Below are positions 38,765-50,287 of a DNA stretch of 64,000 nucleotides, one piece after another. Position 1 is the first letter of the stretch. Every line of letters begins with the position of its first letter. The stretch is from Candidatus Latescibacterota bacterium. Lineage in GTDB: Bacteria; Latescibacterota; UBA2968; UBA8231. Position numbers and translations under genes: made by a program. The stretch covers positions 6,080,001 to 6,144,000 of the forward strand of contig CBDETY010000003.1 in the NCBI GenBank assembly GCA_965243025.1, in the 5' to 3' direction. The notes under the pieces are model-generated. The model was not told the DNA's origin. It made no database searches and saw nothing but the letters and a program-made list of their open reading frames with translations.

Positions 38765-40534
38765 ATGACGGCACCATCGAACGGTCAAGGTCCACCGATC
38801 ACCCTCCCGGACGGGACCGCGTTCCAGCTCTGGCGGGATGAGACCGTCTACGGACAGGTCTACTACGTGGATCAGCGTCACCCGGGGGCAGCCGATGACA
38901 ATGCGGGCACCGAGGAGGCGCCTTTTCTCACGATTCAGCGCGCCGCTGAACTCGTCGAGCCGGGCGGGAAGGTTCTGATAAAGTCGGGAGTCTACCGCGA
39001 GCTCGTTCAGCCCCGGCGCGGCGGCACCGGTGCGGATTCGATGATCAGCTACGAGGCGGCGCCGGGGGCCGAGGTCGTCATTCGCGGTTCCCGGGTTATC
39101 GACGCCGCGTGGACACATACGGGTGCCGCCCGGTCACTGAGTGTGTGGACGGCGGAGCTGCCCGAAGCCTTCTTCGAAGGGGATCATCCCTTCGCCGTCG
39201 TCAACACCACCGAGGCGGACTTCGAGCTCATGCACTGGGCCCGAGCCGAGCGCGGAAGGGCCCCGCACACGCTGCCCCGGACCATGGTTTTCCAGGACGG
39301 CCGCCGCCTGACCCAGCTGGAGACGCGCGCCGACCTGCCCCGGGTTCCGGGCACATTCTCAATCGACCCCGGGAGCAGGACGCTGCTCGTACATCCCTTC
39401 GATCGCAGCAATCCCAACACCTGCGAAATCGAGGCCACGACCCGGCAGTTCCTGTTCAATCCGCGGGTGAGGGGGCTGGGGTACATCCGCATCAAAGGGT
39501 TGACCTTCGAGCACGCCGGCAACGGTTTCATCCGCTCGGGGAACGGCGCCGTGACGACCTGGGGCGGGCACCACTGGATCATCGAGGAGAACACCGTTCG
39601 TCACATCAATTCCGTGGGCATCGAGATCGGCGGTTTCACCGACGAGACCCTGGAGGATGAAAACCGCAACGAACTGGAAGAGACGACGGGCGGGCATCTG
39701 GTACTCCGCAACCACGTCTGCGACTGCGGCACCGGCGGCATTCAGGGAACCGTCGTCCCGCGGAGCCTGGTGGCCGACAACCACATCCACGACTGCGGCT
39801 GGCAGGAAGTCGAGCGCTACTGGGAGACCGCCGGCATCAAGATCCTCATCCTCAGCGATACCGTCGTGCAGTGCAACCACATCCACCACTGTCGCGCAGC
39901 CCCCGGAATCTGGATCGATTTCGCCAACAGGAATTCACGGGTGACGCGAAACCTGCTGCACGACATCGCGGCGACAACCGGGGGGATCTTCTTCGAGGCA
40001 TCGAATGCCCCGAACACGATCGACCACAATGTCATCTGCAACGTGGAAGCGGGCAGCGGCGTGTATCAGCAGGATTGCGACCGGCTCCTGATCGCCCACA
40101 ACCTGGTGATGAACTGCGACTATGCCGGGGTCCATATGCGGAAGTGTCCGACCCGCGACCGGGTCGGTGTGTGCAAAGACAACCGCATCGTCAACAACGT
40201 CATCGTGGGATGTTCGAAGGGATTCGAATACGTGGTCATGGACAACTTCTCGGACCACAACGTACTCGCCGGCATGGACGGGGACTTCCGTCTGGACGAC
40301 TGGCAGGCTACCGGTCTGGATGCCCACAGCCGCGTGGTAGAGCTCGACATGGTGATCGACACCGAGGAGCAACACCTGGCTTGGTCGTCACCGTGCGATG
40401 CGGTCCCCAAGGTGATCCGTGACGAGCTGTTGAGTCTCGACTACTTCGGTCGTCCGTATCCCGGGGAAGAGGTCCCGGTAGGGCCTTTCACCGAAGGTTG
40501 GGGCCCCGTGGGGCGCCGACTGCGACTTCGGTAG
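38765..40534 (+). CDS. Right-handed parallel beta-helix protein (DUF1565 N-terminus; pectin-lyase fold)
   Basis: YYVD...A.D.N.GT..APF.TIQRAA..V.PG....I..GVYRE; repeated N.IH.C...GI; no signal peptide. Confidence 0.85.
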   Translation: MTAPSNGQGPPITLPDGTAFQLWRDETVYGQVYYVDQRHPGAADDNAGTEEAPFLTIQRAAELVEPGGKVLIKSGVYRELVQPRRGGTGADSMISYEAAPGAEVVIRGSRVIDAAWTHTGAARSLSVWTAELPEAFFEGDHPFAVVNTTEADFELMHWARAERGRAPHTLPRTMVFQDGRRLTQLETRADLPRVPGTFSIDPGSRTLLVHPFDRSNPNTCEIEATTRQFLFNPRVRGLGYIRIKGLTFEHAGNGFIRSGNGAVTTWGGHHWIIEENTVRHINSVGIEIGGFTDETLEDENRNELEETTGGHLVLRNHVCDCGTGGIQGTVVPRSLVADNHIHDCGWQEVERYWETAGIKILILSDTVVQCNHIHHCRAAPGIWIDFANRNSRVTRNLLHDIAATTGGIFFEASNAPNTIDHNVICNVEAGSGVYQQDCDRLLIAHNLVMNCDYAGVHMRKCPTRDRVGVCKDNRIVNNVIVGCSKGFEYVVMDNFSDHNVLAGMDGDFRLDDWQATGLDAHSRVVELDMVIDTEEQHLAWSSPCDAVPKVIRDELLSLDYFGRPYPGEEVPVGPFTEGWGPVGRRLRLR

Positions 40535-40613
40535 TTCCCGATCATGGCTCTCCACGCTGCGCCGATACGGGGAATGCGGCGGCGAGAGCTGATTGCTGCA
40601 GGAGTTGGAACTG

Positions 40614-41849
40614 ATGCCAAATAGCCGTGTCCTGCGTTCCGGTATGCTGATGGCCCCGGTTTTCCTGGCCGCGTGCCTGTCGGTGCCGCGGGTCGAGTAC
40701 CGCTCCGCCCTCGACCCGAAGGAGTCGGAGCGGGAGGAATACTCGATAGGGGATGACGGAGTAGTCTCCTACCACCTGGAAGGCTCCCGGCTGGATGTGC
40801 AGTACATGACCGACCCGGCGCTGAACGAGATGTTTCCCGACGATTCGAAAGGGGGAGAGCTTTCGACCAATCCCTACACCTACGGGGACTGGATGGATCC
40901 GAACGTTGGCTACGTGCCGAATCGATTCACCGTGTTCAACATCGCGGTGTACAACTACACCTACGCCAAAATGCAGCTGGATCCGCTGAAGGTCATCCTG
41001 TTGACGGACCGGGGAGGCTATCTGGAATCGTACACGATCGCCCCGGTGGCCGATCGCAAAAGCCTGGAGGGGTACTACCGGGGCCTGCGCGGCATCAGCG
41101 GGAACGAGCACTATCGCTTTTCGAAACGGATAGGGATCGTGCGCGCCACCGCCTATGGAGAAGACGAGGTGATTTTCAAAGGGGAGGGGTACAGCGGGCT
41201 TGTGGTGTTCGATCCCCTCCATCCCAAGGTGCGCAACGCGCGTCTGATTCTCAAGGAATTCGCCCTCAAGTTCGACGCCTCGGGGCACCCGATCGAGACC
41301 ATGGACATTCCCTTTGATTTCAGCCGTACGGTCAGCAGGGAAGTGATCGCCGAGGAAGAGTTGGCAGAGCGAAGGCCCACCGAGACGACGCGGGTGGTAA
41401 TTCGGGGCCCCCGCCAGATCCGCGGCAACCAGCAGGGAGACCTGGCCCGGAACACGGGCGCGATCAACTCGATCGTCGACCGCAACCTCGCGGACCTGCG
41501 GCGGTGTTTTGCCGGGGCGTTTGACCGGGGAGAGGCCGTCGAGGGCGCGGTGGAGGTTCAGTTCACGATTCGCGTGAACGGCGTGGTCGAGGCGGTGAGC
41601 GTGACCAGTTCCACGGTCATGAACGCGCAGGTGGGCGCCTGTATTGCGGCCGAAGTGCAGCGCTGGCAGTTCCAACCCGCCGGGCAGTACGCACAGCAGG
41701 ACAGGCCGTCCCAACAGAGCGCCGCGCGGGTGGGCGAGCCAGGATCGGGAGCTGAATCCCGCCGGGAGGAACCCTCGAGACCTCAGCGACGCCCCCCGGT
41801 GACCGATGTGGTGGTGGTGTATCCGTTCACTTTCGAGGAAATCGAGTAG
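40614..41849 (+). CDS. Lipoprotein with C-terminal TonB-C/AgmX-PglI-like domain
   Basis: FLAAC lipobox; LRRCF......EGAVEVQFTIRVNGVV.V.VTSST....VGACI...V.RWQF...VVYPFTF. Confidence 0.8.
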   Translation: MPNSRVLRSGMLMAPVFLAACLSVPRVEYRSALDPKESEREEYSIGDDGVVSYHLEGSRLDVQYMTDPALNEMFPDDSKGGELSTNPYTYGDWMDPNVGYVPNRFTVFNIAVYNYTYAKMQLDPLKVILLTDRGGYLESYTIAPVADRKSLEGYYRGLRGISGNEHYRFSKRIGIVRATAYGEDEVIFKGEGYSGLVVFDPLHPKVRNARLILKEFALKFDASGHPIETMDIPFDFSRTVSREVIAEEELAERRPTETTRVVIRGPRQIRGNQQGDLARNTGAINSIVDRNLADLRRCFAGAFDRGEAVEGAVEVQFTIRVNGVVEAVSVTSSTVMNAQVGACIAAEVQRWQFQPAGQYAQQDRPSQQSAARVGEPGSGAESRREEPSRPQRRPPVTDVVVVYPFTFEEIE

Positions 41850-41983
41850 CACTCTTCGCGCCTTTCCGCTGGTGCTCATCTCCATCTCTCCATCCCTTCG
41901 CTGCCGTTTCATTCCTGTCGACAGCTGGAATTGAGTAGGTCGTCGAGGTTCCCCGGCGACACTCGAGGGAGGGACTACCCGGT

Positions 41984-43951
41984 TTGTCAGGAGGTGTAGA
42001 AGACCGGCCGGCGTCCGGGGTTTCGCTGCGCGCCCTCGTCATCGGCGCCGCTCTCAGCCTGGCGATCGGCGTGGGAGAGCCCTTCGGTGCCTTCGTCATC
42101 ATGGGCACCCGCATGAGCGGGTTGAACGGTCCCGCCGCGTTCTTCCTGTTCTTCCTGTGGGTGGGTGTGGTCCAGGTCGTGTTGGGGCTCATTCACAGAA
42201 GGCTGGCCCTGGACAAGGGAGAGCTGCTGACCATCTACATCATGATGGTCGTCGCCACGGCGTTCTCGGGTGGCGAGCGCAACGGGTTCTGCCTGATGCT
42301 GTTGGGGTCGACTGCCGGGGTATCCTACCTGGCCAGTCCGGAAAACAACTGGGCGGAACGGGTCCATCCCTACGTGGCCAAGTGGATGGTTCCGCAGGAC
42401 GAGATGGGGATCCGGTGGTTTTTCGAGGGCATGCCGGAGGGCGAGTCGATCCCCTGGGGCATGTGGCTGCCGCCGCTGTTGTGGTGGTTGCTGTTCATGA
42501 CGGCGCTGTGGACGGCGAGCATCTGCGCGATGGTCATCCTTCGCCGCCAGTGGGTGGAACACGAACATCTCATCTATCCCATCACCAAGGTGCCGCTGGC
42601 CATGGTGCAACCGCCGCCGGGCGGTTCGCTGGTGGCGCCTTTCTTCAAGAGCGGCCTGATGTGGGCGGGTCTGTCGCTGTCGTTCGGCCGCGAGAGCCTC
42701 AACGCCCTGAATCACTACTTCCCCATCGTTCCCGTGGTTCCGACCCACTTCGGGCAACTCACGCTGATACCGCGATTCGCCAATGTAGGCTTTTCGCTGA
42801 ACCTGATGATCCTGGGGTTCGCCTATTTCCTCAAGGCGGACGTCATGCTCGGGATGTGGGTTTTCTACGTTCTGCGCCGCCTCGAGGAGGGTGTCCTGCA
42901 CCTGACGGGAGCCGGCATCGGGGAAGCGCTTTCCAACTACGGCGGCGGCGGTGGTGTCAGGGGGATCCTCGCGCACCAGAGCATAGGGGCGATGATCGCG
43001 CTGGTCCTCTTCGGACTGTGGATTTCCCGGGGACATCTGCGGAAGGTGTTCCGCAAGGCCTTCAGAGGGGACGACTCGGTGGACGATGCCGACGAAATCA
43101 TGCCCTACCGCACCGCCGTATGGGGGGTGATCCTCGGGGTGATCGGAATGAGCCTGTGGCTGTGGCGGGCGGGTCTGCCCCTGTGGGCGGGTCTGCTGTT
43201 TCTGTTCGGGGCGCTTGTGACCTTCGTCAGCCTGACGCGCATCATCGCCGAGGCGGGACTGCCGATGGTGTTTCCCCGCAACATCCCCCTGGACTTCGTG
43301 GTCTCCGGAATCGGGGTGCGCTACACGGGGCCGGCGGGGATGGCGGCCCTGGGTCCGACGGTGATATGGACGGAGTCCCTGGCGAGCACGATGATGGCCC
43401 ACACCGCCACCGGGTTGAAGCTGACCGGCGAGATCGCCCATCGCAGGCGCTGGCTGCTGCTGGCGCTGGCGATCGCCATTCTGGTCTCCGTAGTCAGCAC
43501 CTTCTGGATGTCGCTGTCGATCGCATACCGCGAGGGGGGCGTCAACGTAGCGCGTTCCGTCGGTTACCTCCCCGACTTCACCTGGGCGTACGTGGCGAGC
43601 CGGGTCGAGGAGAACGCGGGACCGAACGGGCTGGGTTGGCTCATCCGGTTGGCCGGGGGAGGGGTTATGACCGGTCTGCTTCTCATGCAGCGCCGGTTCC
43701 TGTGGTGGCCGTTGCACCCGCTGGGATTCGTGGTCAGCATGGACCGGGTGATGGACACGGCCTGGTTCCCCGTCTTCCTGGCCTGGACGCTCAAGACGGT
43801 CCTCTTGAAGTACGGCGGCCTCAAAGCGTACCAGGCGCTCATCCCCGTTTTCTACGGGTTGATACTGGGTCAGTTCGTCGCCGGGGGATTCTGGTTGATC
43901 GTCGACTTTTTCACCGGGATGAGGGGTAACGGACTGAGCATGATGTACTGA
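41984..43951 (+). CDS. DUF6785/DUF6784-type polytopic membrane protein (putative transporter), copy 1
   Basis: TTG start with GGAGGGA RBS; ELLTIYIMM, ILRRQWVEHEHLIYPI, WWPLHPLGF, LKYGG, GLILG. Confidence 0.85.
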   Translation: MSGGVEDRPASGVSLRALVIGAALSLAIGVGEPFGAFVIMGTRMSGLNGPAAFFLFFLWVGVVQVVLGLIHRRLALDKGELLTIYIMMVVATAFSGGERNGFCLMLLGSTAGVSYLASPENNWAERVHPYVAKWMVPQDEMGIRWFFEGMPEGESIPWGMWLPPLLWWLLFMTALWTASICAMVILRRQWVEHEHLIYPITKVPLAMVQPPPGGSLVAPFFKSGLMWAGLSLSFGRESLNALNHYFPIVPVVPTHFGQLTLIPRFANVGFSLNLMILGFAYFLKADVMLGMWVFYVLRRLEEGVLHLTGAGIGEALSNYGGGGGVRGILAHQSIGAMIALVLFGLWISRGHLRKVFRKAFRGDDSVDDADEIMPYRTAVWGVILGVIGMSLWLWRAGLPLWAGLLFLFGALVTFVSLTRIIAEAGLPMVFPRNIPLDFVVSGIGVRYTGPAGMAALGPTVIWTESLASTMMAHTATGLKLTGEIAHRRRWLLLALAIAILVSVVSTFWMSLSIAYREGGVNVARSVGYLPDFTWAYVASRVEENAGPNGLGWLIRLAGGGVMTGLLLMQRRFLWWPLHPLGFVVSMDRVMDTAWFPVFLAWTLKTVLLKYGGLKAYQALIPVFYGLILGQFVAGGFWLIVDFFTGMRGNGLSMMY

Positions 43952-44181
43952 CATGCCGCGATAAAGTTGCTCTGCAGACGAGGCCGGAGTCAGAGACGCC
44001 GGCCGGGCAGCGGTGTCGAGGTACCCGACTGTACCGAATGCCGCGGCGTGGCGGTGAGGTGAATCTTCACCACCGGGCTGGATTGTTGCTTGCGCTCTGT
44101 ATATTCATACCCGAAAGCATTACGCGCCCGTTCTCTTTCGCGTCCGCCCCTGACGAGGGTGAATTCTCCGAAAACAATGCC

Positions 44182-44874
44182 ATGAGATTTGCGGTGACAG
44201 CCCTTCATTTCGGGCTCTGGGCTTTGCTTTCGTTTGGCTGCGGCAGCGATGTGGTCCACACCTCCACGCCGCCTTCTCCGGTCGACCAGGGACAGGGGGA
44301 GGAAGGAGAGGTTTTCATCACCGACCACACCGGAAAAGCATGGGACGTGACCCACGCTGTGGGGAAATACGGCATGGAGCCGTCAATGTTCGGGAACGGT
44401 CTGGGGCCATTTGCCATCAAACCGATAGTGAACGCCCGGATGCTGTCCCCCGGCGACCTGAACTACCCGATCGACAGCCAGGGCATGCTGGTGATCGGGA
44501 CGACCCTGAACGGTTTCACCCGCGCTTACCCCATCGAAATCCTGAGCCGGTTCGAAGTCGCCAACGAGCGCTTCGGGGAGGCGCACGTGGCCGTGGCCTA
44601 CTGACCGCTGGTCGACCTGGCTGCCGTGTACAGCCGAGAAATCGACGGAGAGATCCTGACCCTGAGCGCCAGTGGATGGACCTATCGATCCACGTTCGTG
44701 CTGTACGACTACGAGACCGAAAGCCTGTGGTACCACCTGCCCGGCGAGGATGGCCTGACCTGTATCGGCGGCGCCTACGCCGACCGGAAGCTGACGGAAC
44801 TCCACTCCGTCCTCACCCGCTGGAACCTCTGGAAAGCGGAGTTTCCGGATTCAAGGGTTCTCACGATCCCTTAG
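44182..44874 (+). CDS. DUF3179-family lipoprotein, probable selenoprotein (UGA at 44602-44604 = Sec141)
   Basis: LSFGC lipobox; RAYPI.IL...EVAN, VAY*PLV at the family Y-C-P-L site, continuing in frame to YSREIDG..SGW.Y....LYD.ETESLW; hairpin just after UGA. Confidence 0.8.
44611..44646 (+). promoter_or_regulatory. Bacterial SECIS-like stem-loop
   Basis: GTCGA/TCGAC lower stem, GGCTG/CAGCC upper stem, G-containing loop CCGTGTA starting about 20 nt after UGA. Confidence 0.65.
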
Positions 44875-45045
44875 CGCGCCGCTGAACGGCGCGACAGGGT
44901 CCTGTCTCAGGGGAAACGACACTATCGACAGCTTGCCCGCGGCTTCCGCCTTCGATTGGAGGACGGCGATGGAAGTCCGGTCGGTTGGCGCGATTGCTTC
45001 AACGGCCGGCAAAACCGGGTTTTATCAGGCGATGAGGTCTGAGCC

Positions 45046-46704
45046 ATGAAATGTCCGAAACGGCTCCTGCCCTGTGCGGTGTTGCCGGTGTTGGGGTTGG
45101 CCGGCTGTGACGACAGAAGCCCCACGCAATCCGGCTCAGGCTCCACGGTCCTGGAGGGCGATTTTTCCGTCCGTTCCCAGGAGGACCTGGACCTCCTCGC
45201 GGCTCTTGGGGGGGATTCGTTCGGCATCGCCGGCGATCTCTCGGTCGAGGATTCTCCTTTCACCACGCTCGAGGCCCTCGAGAATCTCACCGGCATAGGC
45301 GGGAACCTGTCCATAGGCAGCTTCGGCGCCGGCAACGCGGAGCTGACCAGTCTGGCAGGTCTCGGGAATCTCACCCGCATCGGCGGGTACCTGTCCATAT
45401 TCGGCAACGTCTCCCTGACCAGCCTGGCGGGGCTGGAGGGTGTCACCGGCATCGGCGGGGGTTTGTTCATCAGGAACACTTCCCTGACCAGCCTGTCAGG
45501 GCTCGAAAACGTCTCCGGCATCGGCGGGAGGGTGAAGGTCGTCAACAACGATGCCCTGACCAGCCTGTCGGGGCTCGACAATCTCACCCGCATCGGCGGG
45601 TACCTGTCCATCGTCGGCAATGATTCCCTGACCAGCCTGACAGGGCTCGGAAACCTCACCAGCTTCGAGGGGGACCTGATTGTCAACGACAACCCGGCGC
45701 TTACCAGCCTGGCGGGGCTGGAAAAGATCACGAGCATCGACGGGGACGCGTTTGACCGGGAATCCCGGACGGGTCCGGGCGTGTCGATCCTTGACAACGA
45801 TGCACTTGCCAGCCTGTCGGGGCTCGACAATCTCACCCGCATCGGCGGGGACTTGTGCATCGGCAAGGTGCGCGAGGGCAACCCTGCGTTGACCAGCCTG
45901 TCGGGGCTCGACAACCTCGCCGACGTCGGCGGGAGTTTGACCATCTCCCACAACCCCGCACTGGCCAGCCTGTCGGGGCTCGGGAATCTCGCCCGCATCG
46001 GCGGAGTCCTGTCCGTGTTCAGCAGCGCCGCCCTGACCGACCTGTCAGGGCTCGAGAACCTCGCCGGCATCGGTGGCGTCTGGCTTACCGGCAATCCGGC
46101 GCTGACCAGCCTGTCAGGGCTCGAGACGCTCACCAGCGTCGGCGGATTCCTGTCTCTGGCCAACAACTCCGCCCTGAGCAGCCTGACGGGACTCGACAAT
46201 ATCACCGGCATCGACGGGATGCTGCAGATACTGCACAACGACGCGCTGACCGGCCTGGCACCGCTCGGGAACGTCACCCGGGTCGGGGGCGATCTGAAAG
46301 TCGGCGGCAATCACCTGCTGGCCAACCTGGCAGGGTTCGAGAGCGTCACCGGCATCGGCGGGGACCTGTCCATCTGGTACACCGGCCTGACGAGCCTGGC
46401 AGGGCTCGGGAACCTCGCCACCATCGGCGCGGACCTGTCGATCGGCGGCAATGACGCCCTGGTCAGCCTGGCAGGGCTCGAAAGTCTCACCGACATTGGC
46501 GGGAGTCTCGCAATCGGCGACCGCCGTACCGGCAACACCGCCCTCGCCAGCCTGGCAGGCCTCGAGAATCTCACCCGCATCGGCGGCGACTTGTCCATCC
46601 ACGGCAATGGAGCGCTGACCGATTCGTCGGCCCGGGCCTTCGCCGACAGACTGGTGGCAAGCGGGTTCACGGGCAGCGTGACGATCAGCGGCAATCAGCG
46701 ATGA
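45046..46704 (+). CDS. Lipoprotein with about 18 receptor L-domain/leucine-rich repeats
   Basis: LAGC lipobox; ~25-aa repeat LTSLxGLxNLTxIGGxLxIxxNxA, also repetitive at the DNA level. Confidence 0.9.
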   Translation: MKCPKRLLPCAVLPVLGLAGCDDRSPTQSGSGSTVLEGDFSVRSQEDLDLLAALGGDSFGIAGDLSVEDSPFTTLEALENLTGIGGNLSIGSFGAGNAELTSLAGLGNLTRIGGYLSIFGNVSLTSLAGLEGVTGIGGGLFIRNTSLTSLSGLENVSGIGGRVKVVNNDALTSLSGLDNLTRIGGYLSIVGNDSLTSLTGLGNLTSFEGDLIVNDNPALTSLAGLEKITSIDGDAFDRESRTGPGVSILDNDALASLSGLDNLTRIGGDLCIGKVREGNPALTSLSGLDNLADVGGSLTISHNPALASLSGLGNLARIGGVLSVFSSAALTDLSGLENLAGIGGVWLTGNPALTSLSGLETLTSVGGFLSLANNSALSSLTGLDNITGIDGMLQILHNDALTGLAPLGNVTRVGGDLKVGGNHLLANLAGFESVTGIGGDLSIWYTGLTSLAGLGNLATIGADLSIGGNDALVSLAGLESLTDIGGSLAIGDRRTGNTALASLAGLENLTRIGGDLSIHGNGALTDSSARAFADRLVASGFTGSVTISGNQR

Positions 46705-46788
46705 CTGCTGCAGCGCCGGTATCGATGGCACAGGAAAGCAGTTCGTCGCCGGGGAACGCCGTCGGGCGCCGACTGGCTAGCCCCTGAC

Positions 46789-48978
<2,190 letters not shown>

Positions 48979-49107
48979 GAAGCCGCAGGCCCCGGGGCGG
49001 CACAGGTTCCTTCGGTTCCTCGCTTTTATCGCTGATTAAATGATCGAAGCCGGGTTTTCGGAGTCGTCCGAACCGGCTGACCGCTGACTCCGTTGGAGGC
49101 GTGTGAA

Positions 49108-50187
49108 GTGAAAATTGCGAAGATAGAAGCCCATCAGATCGAGACACCGCGCGTCACCGGACACATCTCCGGTCACCTCATCGTCAAAGTCCATGTCGAC
49201 GACGGCCCCACCGGCCTGGGCGAAGCCTCTGACAGCAAGTGCAGCGACGTTGCCGCTGTCGTCCGCCAGTACAACGAACTCCTCGTCGGCCGCGACCCCA
49301 CCCGCATCACCGAAACCAACGAGTTCCTGCGCACGCACAGTTTCGAGAGCACCGTCTCGGACCATCATCTCGTCTCCGCCATCGACCTCGCCCTCTACGA
49401 CCTCAACGGAAAGGCGCTGGGGGTGCCCGCCTACCGTCTCCTCGGCGGCAAGTTCCGGGACAGGATCTACTGCTGTTTCCCGACCTGGGGGGTCCTCGTC
49501 AAGGAGGACTACGAGGCGACTGCCGGTTACCTTCAGCGTCTCGTCGACCACGGCCACCATCTCTTCCGCTTTTACATCTCCGGGGACGACGCCGAATTCG
49601 ACAACCGCTTTCTCACCGACATGTTCTCCCGCTTCGGGGACAGGATCCGGCTCAAGCAGATCGATTTCTCAGGCCGATTCCCGGATTGGCAGGCCGCTCT
49701 CCGCTACGCCGACGTCCTCCGTCACCACAACCCCGTTCACTTCGAGCAGCCATCCTGGGACCTCCGCGTCTGCGCGGAATTCACCAGGCGCATGGACCTC
49801 CCCGTCAGTCTCCATACCGCCACCCTCGAACGCGGTCTGGAATCGATCGAGCGCGGCGCCTGTACCGCCTTCAACCTGTGCAATGTCTTCTGCGGCCCGA
49901 CCTACATCCGCCGCCTCTATGCCCTGGCCGAATCCGCAGGCATCTACTGCACCATCGGCACCGACCAGGAATCCACCCTCGGCACCGCGGGTCAGCTCCA
50001 TCTGGGGGCCTCCATGCCCAACCTCAGCCTCCCGTGCGACCCCATGGGCCCGATGCTCTACACTGCCTCTCCGGCAAAGGAACGCATCCACGCCGAAGGC
50101 TCCTTCCTTACCGTTCCCGACGGCCCCGGTCTGGGGGTCGAGCTCGACGATGAGAAAATGGCCGCGATCACGGTTGCGTCGGCGTGA
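49108..50187 (+). CDS. Enolase-superfamily dehydratase, galactarate dehydratase II-like
   Basis: GTG start with GGAGG RBS; PR.TG...H, GEASD, FRFY (R-x-Y), IDFS, EQP, SLH, GTDQE, DPMGP.LY. Confidence 0.8.
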   Translation: MKIAKIEAHQIETPRVTGHISGHLIVKVHVDDGPTGLGEASDSKCSDVAAVVRQYNELLVGRDPTRITETNEFLRTHSFESTVSDHHLVSAIDLALYDLNGKALGVPAYRLLGGKFRDRIYCCFPTWGVLVKEDYEATAGYLQRLVDHGHHLFRFYISGDDAEFDNRFLTDMFSRFGDRIRLKQIDFSGRFPDWQAALRYADVLRHHNPVHFEQPSWDLRVCAEFTRRMDLPVSLHTATLERGLESIERGACTAFNLCNVFCGPTYIRRLYALAESAGIYCTIGTDQESTLGTAGQLHLGASMPNLSLPCDPMGPMLYTASPAKERIHAEGSFLTVPDGPGLGVELDDEKMAAITVASA

Positions 50188-50287
50188 TCGGAAACAGACG
50201 GTGCTCGTCGAAACCAGGAATCTTCGTGCGCCGTCTCCCGGGCGCCGACCCCCCGGGCAAAGGCGCGCCGCGGGACTCTTGCCCCGC

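Noticed and set aside
44038-44874. Two separate small genes or a nonsense pseudogene
   Set aside because: The stop is UGA at the family Cys position with a downstream hairpin, so Sec read-through is the better explanation.
45250-46620. Regularly spaced DNA repeats resembling a CRISPR array or DGR
   Set aside because: The repeats are degenerate, in frame and explained by protein repeats; no cas or reverse transcriptase gene is present.
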